A DNA stretch of 63,949 nt, filler included, from Limisphaerales bacterium (GTDB taxonomy: Bacteria; Verrucomicrobiota; Verrucomicrobiia; Limisphaerales; SIBE01), in NCBI GenBank assembly GCA_044225505.1. It is 5 parts of 5 records of this genome, joined end to end, with 100 filler letters (N's around TTAATTAATTAA, not from the genome) between each part and the next. Parts side by side here need not be neighbours in the genome. Positions count along the whole stretch, not along the records: positions 27,999 to 55,627 come from JBGAIN010000107.1; 4 more parts are not named here. One strand, given 5' to 3'. The position numbers were made by a program, and so were the translations under genes. Below the pieces are notes generated by a model, which was not told the DNA's origin, did no database searches, and saw nothing but the letters and a program-made list of their open reading frames with translations. Below are positions 29,819-38,301 of the stretch, one piece after another. Each line of letters starts with the position of its first letter. The stretch's first letter is position 1.

Positions 29819-32104
29819 TCAGTGGTCGGCTTCGATCACGAACCACGTGCGGGATTGGGCGGGCACCCTGCAAGGGAGAGTCAATTGCTCCGCTCGGTCC
29901 AAAGTCAACGACTCGAATCTACCTTCCTGCTCGCGGACGCGAACTTTTTCGGGAAGTCCGGCATAATGGAGAGGAAGGACCAACGTGCGCTCGACGTCCT
30001 GTTTCAGGGGATTGAACACGACAGCCATGGCTTTGCGGCGGAGGCTGGGATTTACATGAAGGAAACAGTCGATATCCCGCCCGTCCGGCCGACGCGTGTG
30101 AATGATGTCCGATTCCAGGATATCACGGTAAGTCTTGAACCAGCCGACCCATTTTGTGACCAGAGCTTGGGTGGTATCTGCATCGTAGAGCCGCGGACCG
30201 CGGTAACAGGCTTGGACGCCAGCGCCGAAATTATTCACGAGGTGAGCCTCATAACCGTCGAGGTGCTCCCGTAACGGCTCAAGCGTCGCCGCGGCGCCGC
30301 CTCCTTGGTATTCGACCAAAGGAACGAACATCCATCCGGTGCTGGGACTCTTGGTCCACGTTCCGTCGTAGATATTCTGCCGCCCGAGGATGATTTGACG
30401 TTCCCTCGGTAACGACCAGTTCGATTCGCGATAGCCCATCCCCGTTTTGCTCGAGCCGGCCAGGAAGTAATAATCGGGAACATTCAAGTAAATGCCCCGC
30501 TCGCGACACCACCGGTAGAACTCGGCGATGCGAGTCCATTGGGTCCATTGGGAATCCTTTAAACCGCGATGGCCCGGGTGTTGCGTTGAGGCGCACACGT
30601 CCCCGGGGTAAGAACCGTCATGTTCCAAAAGGTCCAGGCCGGTGGCCTCTATGAAAGTGCGAATTTTCTGGAAATAGCCATCGGCCCAGCGGCTGCCCAA
30701 ACATGGCGATTGACCAAAGATCGCACCCCCTGTCTTGCCGGTGGCAGGATTGATGACATCGTCATCGTCACTGACGCGGCGGCTCGCCAGGAGCGAGTAG
30801 GCGCCCACTTCAATCCCTTTGCTATGCGCATATTCTACATCGGATCGAATCGCCTCGAGGTAATCGGGTCGAAGATTCTCCATATCCAGGCCACTGCCAA
30901 AGGTGTAGATGATCATCTCAAAACCGACCGCGGCGCATTGGTCTACCGCTTCGCGGAAGACCTTCCGCTCGGAACTGCGAACGTGCATCATGATCGGATT
31001 CTCGGTCGTCCAGGGCGCCAGGACGTTTTGGGCTCGCCGGAGAGCAAGGCCCTGGCGTTCCCGGGAGTCGCTATCATGCAGGATCAGGTAGGTCCGAAAA
31101 GAACGAAACACTTCCCCGGCAGGTAACGGAGCATCGGGCCCCAACGGCGGGCGGCTGACAACCATCGCGGGCATTTTCAGTTCATAGTTCACCTGACTCG
31201 TGTAATGCGGATCGGGAAGCCAAGCCGTGGTTTGACTGGCCGTTGTTACGTCCATCCCGTGAAAGCTGTAGTCGCTTAGAAGGTCCAGCCAGGGCAAATG
31301 CCAATTGCGAAACGACCTTTCATCGACGGCCGATTCCACCTCAGCCGTAGCCACGATTTCGCTCGTGAAGCTATCGATTGTGACGTTGTGGCCTGACCCG
31401 TTGCGGACCTGGAGCCATTTTCCGAGCACGGGGATGCCGTCGTAGATCTCGTAATGCACGGTCACGATCAGGCCCGTGAGCTCGGGCTTCGCTGACTGAT
31501 AATAGAAATCAATCGCAGCCCCGGAAGGCGGCCAGGCGATGTCTGCCGAGTGCCTTCGGCGTTTCCATGACATCGGCGTTTGCACGGGCCCGAGGTCAAA
31601 CCCCATGGCTTGAAATGCGTTAGACGAGGAGTGCATCGCACCCAGCCATTCGGTCAGCAGATAGGCCGGCTCAGGTTGACCGACCAGGCCACCGACGTCG
31701 TAGGATTGCCCGTCAACGGAAACAATGGCCTCAGGCTTGACGGCGCGCATCACGCTGGTGCCGGTCAGGAGATTCTCCAACCCGACCGTGGCAATGTTCG
31801 GCCGTAACCGGAACGAACGCCGAATCAGTCCGTTATCGAGCACCAGATCGTCATCGGTCGCGCCTCGGTAGACGCCTGCTCTCCGGGTTGGCGGGGAAAC
31901 CAGCCAATCGCCACGGAAGCTCATTTGCCCTGGAAGCTCGGGCAGTCCAACGCTGTTCTGCCGGAGCGATTGCGGGATTGGAGACTGCGCAGCGGCACTC
32001 CCTCCATCGATCAGCAACGAGCTAATCAGCACGAACAGCGAAATGCGGCCCAAGGCGTCGATGGGGGCCAGTCGACTGAGGTCCAAACCAAGCGGAAGTT
32101 TCAT
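29819..32104 (-). CDS. Alpha-galactosidase-like glycoside hydrolase (GH36/clan D-like)
   Basis: N-terminal beta-sandwich (VHYEIYDGIPVLGKW) and TIM barrel with PCLGS...LLEHDGSYPGD; possible signal peptide. Start approximate. Confidence 0.7.
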   Translation of the reverse strand: MKLPLGLDLSRLAPIDALGRISLFVLISSLLIDGGSAAAQSPIPQSLRQNSVGLPELPGQMSFRGDWLVSPPTRRAGVYRGATDDDLVLDNGLIRRSFRLRPNIATVGLENLLTGTSVMRAVKPEAIVSVDGQSYDVGGLVGQPEPAYLLTEWLGAMHSSSNAFQAMGFDLGPVQTPMSWKRRRHSADIAWPPSGAAIDFYYQSAKPELTGLIVTVHYEIYDGIPVLGKWLQVRNGSGHNVTIDSFTSEIVATAEVESAVDERSFRNWHLPWLDLLSDYSFHGMDVTTASQTTAWLPDPHYTSQVNYELKMPAMVVSRPPLGPDAPLPAGEVFRSFRTYLILHDSDSRERQGLALRRAQNVLAPWTTENPIMMHVRSSERKVFREAVDQCAAVGFEMIIYTFGSGLDMENLRPDYLEAIRSDVEYAHSKGIEVGAYSLLASRRVSDDDDVINPATGKTGGAIFGQSPCLGSRWADGYFQKIRTFIEATGLDLLEHDGSYPGDVCASTQHPGHRGLKDSQWTQWTRIAEFYRWCRERGIYLNVPDYYFLAGSSKTGMGYRESNWSLPRERQIILGRQNIYDGTWTKSPSTGWMFVPLVEYQGGGAAATLEPLREHLDGYEAHLVNNFGAGVQACYRGPRLYDADTTQALVTKWVGWFKTYRDILESDIIHTRRPDGRDIDCFLHVNPSLRRKAMAVVFNPLKQDVERTLVLPLHYAGLPEKVRVREQEGRFESLTLDRAEQLTLPCRVPAQSRTWFVIEADH

Positions 32105-32216
32105 CCACGGCAGCCTACGTGGTTTTCGTGAACGGAACAATCGGTTTAAGCGACGGTGGTCGCGAAAGTTGGCTTCCACCGACGATCCCGATAGATTCCG
32201 CCGAAACTCCTCGAGA

Positions 32217-32792
32217 TTACGTGTAAAGCTTCCGAAGCGCGTCGGCGTTGTAGCTGCGGGTAGTCTCCGCTTGCGAACGAACTTTGAGCGACCGGTTTAC
32301 AATCTGAATAACAACTCCGACGTAATCTCCAATTTCGACGTGAGCACCCAGCAAGCACTTTGGGTAATCGGATCGTCCGATAAACTCGGCGATTTTCACA
32401 ACGGGCTTTCCAAAATCGGGCTCGATCGTTGGCTCAACTTTGAACACTGGAGGAGGCGCAGGACGAGACTCTCGCACGGGAGCCGGGCTTTCCGGCAGCG
32501 GCGGCGGCGGGTCCGGGCGGACGACCGGGCCGTAGATTCGGCGCAGGCCATTCGCATTGAATCCCTTGGTGATGCCCTCAGCCGAGCGGACCTTGAGCGA
32601 TTCCTTGACCAGTTCGACCACCACCCCGGTATACCCTCCGATATCGACGAACTTGCCGAGCGCCGACTTGGGAAAGCCAGGATCGATCAAGACTTCGGCA
32701 ATAGGCAGCAAGGGCTGATGATAGTCGGGCGATGCGTCCGCCTTTGGAGGGACGGACGATTTGGACGAAGTACTGTCAGAGTCCGATGGCAT
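32217..32792 (-). CDS. Hypothetical protein with two copies of a roughly 60-aa domain
   Basis: The internal duplication is visible in the translation; the copies are joined by a Pro-rich linker. Confidence 0.8.
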   Translation of the reverse strand: MPSDSDSTSSKSSVPPKADASPDYHQPLLPIAEVLIDPGFPKSALGKFVDIGGYTGVVVELVKESLKVRSAEGITKGFNANGLRRIYGPVVRPDPPPPLPESPAPVRESRPAPPPVFKVEPTIEPDFGKPVVKIAEFIGRSDYPKCLLGAHVEIGDYVGVVIQIVNRSLKVRSQAETTRSYNADALRKLYT

Positions 32793-33059
32793 TGGGCAAA
32801 AGTGTCTATCTTCAGAAGCTATAATATCAGTTCAGACAGCGCGTTGATAGGCCTTGGTTTGAGACCAGTCTGTTCGGGAAGAAAAGCCGAGCGCTTGTCG
32901 CGACCTCTTATTTCCTACCCTCGTCTAGCAAACTACCTTGATCCGGGCCGAACGTCAAAACCAAGAAACCATCAGGCAAACGCGACGATTCGCTTTCGCC
33001 TGCCCTGGCGCAACGGTCCCAGGAAGCCACCCGTTCGGATCTCGGGAATTAGGCCTTCG

Positions 33060-33341
33060 TTATTTTTCCAGTTGCGCGATGACGCCTGTGAGCGCGGCTT
33101 TCTGCTCTGGGGTGAGTTTGGGTTCAGCCGAAGCTTTCTTGAGTTTCGCCAACGCGGCGCTGTAATCGGCCTTGTCAATGGCTTCGATCGCTTCGGTCAC
33201 CGTCGTTTGAACCGCTTGATCGGCGGCCTGGAAACTATATTCCAGCTTCACCGTATCGACGCTGATTTTCTTGGCACAACCGGCCGACCCGGCAATGGCG
33301 AGGAGCAGGACGAGGATGAGAGAGGAATAAAATGATTTCAT
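33060..33341 (-). CDS. Small lipoprotein
   Basis: MKSFYSSLILVLLLAIAGSAG-C lipobox and a helical mature part. Confidence 0.8.
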   Translation of the reverse strand: MKSFYSSLILVLLLAIAGSAGCAKKISVDTVKLEYSFQAADQAVQTTVTEAIEAIDKADYSAALAKLKKASAEPKLTPEQKAALTGVIAQLEK

Positions 33342-33530
33342 AATCACTTGGTTCAACGTTTCGCGTAGAGCTATTACTAACCGCTGCAACGAAGAACGTC
33401 TCAACCTTTTTGGCGTTTTACCATCACTTTCTTGCGGGCGCAGGCTTTCCGAGAGGAATTGAAAACGTGTCGCACGGCCAGAACGAGGCGTCTCAGCTTC
33501 CCACGCTTCAACAACCTGGGCCTGCTTCGG

Positions 33531-34820
33531 TCACTTCCTGTCTTTCAAAGCCACGTACGGTTGAATGCTCTCTCCAACGTAAACCTGTCGCGGACGCGAA
33601 ATACGGCCGCTCTCCTGCTCACGCACCTCTTGATAATTCGCAATCCATCCGGGCGTCCGGCCGATCGCGAAGATGACCGTGAACATTTCTACAGGTATTC
33701 CAATCGCGCGTAAAATGATGCCGCTGTAAAAGTCCACGTTTGGATAGAGCTTGCGCTCAACAAAGTAGGAGTCCTGCAACGCTGCTTCCTCCAGCTTTTT
33801 GGCAATGTCAAGCAGCGGGTCTCGAACCTCCAATCGCTCGAGAAGCTCGTCACACCGTTGTTTGATGATCTTGGCGCGCGGATCGTAGTTCTTGTAAACG
33901 CGGTGACCAAAGCCCATCAGACGCTTACCGCTCTTCTTGTCCTTGGCCGCCGTGATGAACTTGGAACCGTCGTCCCCAGCGCGATGGATCTCGTCTAACA
34001 TCTCAATGACCGCTTGGTTTGCGCCGCCATGGAGCGGGCCCCAAAGCGCGCACACACCCGCCGCCACGCTGGCAAACAGATTGGCACGACTGGACGCCAC
34101 CATCCGCACGGTCGACGTAGAACAGTTCTGTTCATGGTCCGCATGGAGCAGGAAGATCGTGTCGAGTGCCTCAATGACCGCGGGATCGAGCTCAAAATCC
34201 TGGTATGGCTCCGAAAACATCATATGCAGGAAATTGGCTGTATACCTGTAATGCGGCTTCGGATAGATGATGGGTAACCCGCGCGACTTGCGGTAAGCAA
34301 ACGCGGCGATCGTTCGCACTTGAGACAAGAGCCGCGCAGACTGGACTTCAAACGGTTCGGTCGGCTCCGGATTGAGAAGTTCAGGATAAAAGCAACTGCT
34401 CGCATTGATCATGGACGAAAGAATCGCCATGGGATGCGCGTTTGCCGGAAAACCTTCGAAGTGAAACTTCAGGTTTTCGTGCAGAAGCTCGTTCTTCGTC
34501 AGCAATTGAGAGAATCTGCGAAGCTCCCCTTCGTTGGGAAGCTTTCCGATCATCAGCAGGTGCGCCACTTCGATAAAAGTTGACTGGGAAGCCAACTCTT
34601 CGATGGGGATTCCCCGGTAGCGTAAAATGCCCCGATCTCCATCGATGAAGGTGATCCGGCTCTTGCAAGAACCGGTGTTTCCATAACCTTCATCGAGCGT
34701 GATGTGGCCCGTCAACTGACGCAGCGTCGAGATGTCAATGGCCTGCTCCGCCTCCGCCCCGACGACAACTGGCAGCTCGTAAATCTTTCCGTCCAGTTCG
34801 AGTTTGGCGACTTTGGTCAT
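33531..34820 (-). CDS. gltA: Citrate synthase (type II)
   Basis: HADHEQNCST, GPLHGGAN, MGFGHRVYKNYDPRA and YPNVDFYSG motifs. Start at ATG 34820. Confidence 0.97.
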   Translation of the reverse strand: MTKVAKLELDGKIYELPVVVGAEAEQAIDISTLRQLTGHITLDEGYGNTGSCKSRITFIDGDRGILRYRGIPIEELASQSTFIEVAHLLMIGKLPNEGELRRFSQLLTKNELLHENLKFHFEGFPANAHPMAILSSMINASSCFYPELLNPEPTEPFEVQSARLLSQVRTIAAFAYRKSRGLPIIYPKPHYRYTANFLHMMFSEPYQDFELDPAVIEALDTIFLLHADHEQNCSTSTVRMVASSRANLFASVAAGVCALWGPLHGGANQAVIEMLDEIHRAGDDGSKFITAAKDKKSGKRLMGFGHRVYKNYDPRAKIIKQRCDELLERLEVRDPLLDIAKKLEEAALQDSYFVERKLYPNVDFYSGIILRAIGIPVEMFTVIFAIGRTPGWIANYQEVREQESGRISRPRQVYVGESIQPYVALKDRK

Positions 34821-34897
34821 AGCGCTCGCCGAGTTAACGATACAGATCCGCGAAGTTACAAGCCAAAAGTCCCCAACTCGTCGAACCGCGACAGGCG

Positions 34898-35371
34898 CTA
34901 GCTGCCTTCGAGGGGTGGGGGCATACGATCGCGAAACACCTCTGCCACCATATAGCCCACGCATCGAGGCGACGCGCAACAGCAGGGGTGTTCGCGGAAA
35001 TCGTTCAAGTCGTAGCCATAGTCAAAGGTGATTTCATCCCCTGACTTCACCAAACGACGGGTCACGATCCAGATCCGACCATCGATCAGTTCCGCCTCCG
35101 CATTAGGATCACAACTATGATTGAGGTAACGCGCCGGGTTTTCCGGCACGTCCCCGTTCAGGTCAAAGTCCGGCGAACCGTAGAAGATGAAAGGATTGCC
35201 CGCCATGCATTGGCGGAGAGACTCTGCCTTATCGATTCGAAGCCCAACGTACTCGATCACACGAACGCCTGCAGGGATGTCCACGACGGCAAATCCGCCA
35301 GTTCCATGGATTGCCGACGGCGCGAAGCGAATCCAGAAAGGCCCACGTGTCTCGTCCGGGGACGAATTCAC
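34898..35371 (-). CDS. SET-domain protein-lysine methyltransferase with post-SET motif
   Basis: IHGTGGFA, ARYLNHSCDPN, EITFDY and CxCxxxxC post-SET motifs. Confidence 0.92.
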   Translation of the reverse strand: MNSSPDETRGPFWIRFAPSAIHGTGGFAVVDIPAGVRVIEYVGLRIDKAESLRQCMAGNPFIFYGSPDFDLNGDVPENPARYLNHSCDPNAEAELIDGRIWIVTRRLVKSGDEITFDYGYDLNDFREHPCCCASPRCVGYMVAEVFRDRMPPPLEGS

Positions 35372-35380
35372 CGCGCTCCG

Positions 35381-36040
35381 TCAGGGAAGGGTTCGGATGA
35401 ATGACTCGGCCTGGGAAATGGAGGCGTTCATATCGGCAATCAGTTGCTGCACTTCCTTTTCAATATCGACAACTTCACCTTTAAGGGCGCCCACGGCTTG
35501 CGCATTCAGGTTATGTTTCAAGTATGTCACCTGGTCCTTCAGCTGAGTCAACACCGGTTCCATACTCGACTCAGCGCGTTTCATGGCCGCATGCAAAGTC
35601 TCATACTTGCCCTGGGTCTCTCGAAGCTTTTGTTCACTGTCCTGACGCAGCCGCGGACTACTCAAAGTCTTAGCTTCGTCGGCCCACTCGGCGAATAAGT
35701 CCGACGAGATTTGCTCCACCTTAACGATCCGGCTCTTCACCGCCTGAGCCCGAGAAGCGGATCGGTCATACTCGCTCTTGAGGCGATCATAAGTCTTCTC
35801 CAGGTCGCCTCCATCCAGATGATATAGCTCGCGCAATCGCGTCAGCGCATCTTTGAATTGCTCGGTCGCCGCTTGCTGATCGTCGCGAACCTTTTCAACA
35901 TTGTCCTTTAATAAATCTCGTTTGTATTTCCCTAACTTTTCCCAAGCGGAGTAATACGTGCTCCGACAACCCAGCAGCAATGACAGGGCAAGGAAAAGAG
36001 GTCCTGCCGCAACAAGGCGATTCATGATGCTAAAGGACAT
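35381..36040 (-). CDS. DUF2959-family lipoprotein
   Basis: LLG-C lipobox; YYSAWEKLG..KRD.L...EQFKDAL...LKHNLNAQA. Confidence 0.88.
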   Translation of the reverse strand: MSFSIMNRLVAAGPLFLALSLLLGCRSTYYSAWEKLGKYKRDLLKDNVEKVRDDQQAATEQFKDALTRLRELYHLDGGDLEKTYDRLKSEYDRSASRAQAVKSRIVKVEQISSDLFAEWADEAKTLSSPRLRQDSEQKLRETQGKYETLHAAMKRAESSMEPVLTQLKDQVTYLKHNLNAQAVGALKGEVVDIEKEVQQLIADMNASISQAESFIRTLP

Positions 36041-36090
36041 GACCGAGCCATCGAAGTCAAGCCGCGCTCACCGGATCCGCGGTCAGCCAT

Positions 36091-36801
36091 TCAATTGACC
36101 GAAGCTTTCTTGAAATCTGTCCAGTCGACGCGTTTCCTCAATTGGAAGGGACGAATAAATTTGCGCGCCTTAACGTAAGTGTCGGTCCAGCGGGTCACCC
36201 AAATACCATCCTCCGCGCGCGCACGTTCGAAACTGAAATTGAAGACATCAACCGACCCAAGGATCCCGAAGCTGACGGGTTCTCCCAGACAGATGCTGGC
36301 CTTGACCAATTCGTGGTCGGTTTCGTCTACCCAGAGGGTCCCCATCGCCCGGTTCAGCAGCCGGTCTTGGAATTGGCGGACGGGAGGAGCCGGTGTCTTC
36401 GGAACGAAATTCATCACAAATACCGGACGATTGTTGAAGACGTCACGCCGTTCCACATTGAAAGCGTAGCGACGCAAAAGCTCTTCATCCAAATTGAACC
36501 CGTTCTTACTGCTCCACTTGTTGGCCTCCGATGCACCGCCGACTTGAGAGCGACTCTCGCCAACTTTGACCTTACGATTGGTCACTTTCCCGGAAGAGTC
36601 CATGTCCTCCGTCACGGTTTGTTTGGTGCACAAGTAATAACCATCCAACTCCTTCGTCCGCTGAGATTGAGCTCGCTTGATTAAAGCCTTCAAGACCTCG
36701 TCCACGGGCGGCAATGTCTCTGTGGCGGTAGCGGAAGCAGCGACACTGCCAGTGAGGACTGCAAACAGCAGGACACACCAAGTCGAGTACAGTTGTCTCA
36801 T
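36091..36801 (-). CDS. Secreted hypothetical protein (possibly a LolA/MucB-like beta fold)
   Basis: Signal peptide; F.PK...GTLWVDE..ELVK pattern. Confidence 0.7.
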   Translation of the reverse strand: MRQLYSTWCVLLFAVLTGSVAASATATETLPPVDEVLKALIKRAQSQRTKELDGYYLCTKQTVTEDMDSSGKVTNRKVKVGESRSQVGGASEANKWSSKNGFNLDEELLRRYAFNVERRDVFNNRPVFVMNFVPKTPAPPVRQFQDRLLNRAMGTLWVDETDHELVKASICLGEPVSFGILGSVDVFNFSFERARAEDGIWVTRWTDTYVKARKFIRPFQLRKRVDWTDFKKASVN

Positions 36802-37609
36802 TGAATGAAGATTGCCTCAGCCGAGCATGGTTGTCTTTCAAAAAATCGGCGTGCCGTGAAGATTTTTCTCTCTACACCACTCACGACAGCTCGAACACAG
36901 CTTGACGTGCACCCGGGTCAATTTGTTCAGTCAGTCGCTCGATAGCTTGAAGCTTGAAGCGCCCCCAATAACAATCCGATATGCGGCGCGCCTATGCCCG
37001 ACTCGCGGGATTGATCCGCACGATGGTGCCGCCGCATCTCCGCGCAGGCCGTTCGGACGTCAATCGCACGGTCGGAACCGAGCATGCCGCTCCCAATCGA
37101 TAATCACGAGTCAACGCCCGAAAGCCGCGACTCCTTCGACCCCATGGTACAATCGAATCGGATCATACCCAGCGCTTGAAAGTGTCCGTCGACGTGCGAA
37201 GTAAAGACGAAATAAACGAGGTCTCGTCGTCGGGCATAGTGCAGAAGCAAGATGAACCCACAATCCGGTATCCTGTGCGGCGGGACAAATCCAGCCGATG
37301 TCCGTAAAACGCCCAGGCGAAAGCCGCATCCCCGTTAAACCACTTGGGATCAGCGACTTGAGGAAAAGTCAGGCCCTACCTCGCGATCTCCGGATAAGCG
37401 CACCAGACGCCCGGGGAACTCCGAAAATCCGGTAAACCAGAATCTACGGCCATCCCAGCGCCCGCCATCCGGAGCCGAGCCTCGTTCCGTTCCCGTAAGG
37501 CCCTGGCTGCCGCTGAACCCCTCGCATTTTCATCCGCCATAGGTTGGAAAAACCTTACAGATTTGTAATCAACCTTTTCATCATAGGCGGGGTTCTACTG
37601 CAAGAAATT

Positions 37610-37900
37610 ATGAGTGCTGTCAGACTTAACATTGAATGGCTGAACCCAGAGAACGAAACGCCAACCAACCCACGAACTGCCGAACTAACAAGGAATATCG
37701 CGTCGCCACGGCCAGAACTCCGATGCCCGCACTGCCACTCGATACTCTACAGTCGCCGTCACAAGCTTTGTGGAGTTTGCAGCGGAGAGTTGCCTTCTCG
37801 TTTCCTCTTTTCAACAGCCGAGGTCCGGCGTGTCACGACCCTCTTGCTGGCGGAAAAACAGAGACACCGGGCGTGGCTCAATCGGACCTGCGCGCTTTGA
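37610..37900 (+). CDS. Small zinc-ribbon protein
   Basis: CPHC-x10-CGVC. Start reassigned to ATG at 37610. Confidence 0.65.
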   Translation: MSAVRLNIEWLNPENETPTNPRTAELTRNIASPRPELRCPHCHSILYSRRHKLCGVCSGELPSRFLFSTAEVRRVTTLLLAEKQRHRAWLNRTCAL

Positions 37901-38301
37901 ATCCTCCTAACTTCGAGCGAAATGAGAAAGCAGACGAGCCCAACACCCGGGACATGTTCCCCGTGGGGAATCTCAAAGCCGACCGATTCTCCGCTGGAAC
38001 AAGCAGCCACAAGAAGGAGTGCGAGGTTGGAATCAAAATGAGCAACAGAAGAACAGCAATTCGCAAAAACAGTGGATCCAACCGCGATCAACTTCCACTA
38101 CCTTTAACTCGTTCGGGCGCGTGTTAGATTGTTCATCCCATGGGTTCCCCACCCAAAGCCTACGGAACTGGTGACGCGCCCGAACGCTTCTCTCCCATAG
38201 TTTAGCCAAGGCCAGAAAGACGCCAAAGACGGGGAGTCAAGAGCGCAACTTTCTACCGAACAAAGCTTTGACTCGAGCGCCGACCTTCCTAAGCTTGGTT
38301 T

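Noticed and set aside
32043..33335. 430-aa plus-strand ORF
   Set aside because: It is antisense to two credible genes and the start of a third, is Arg-rich and has no motifs; most likely a shadow ORF.
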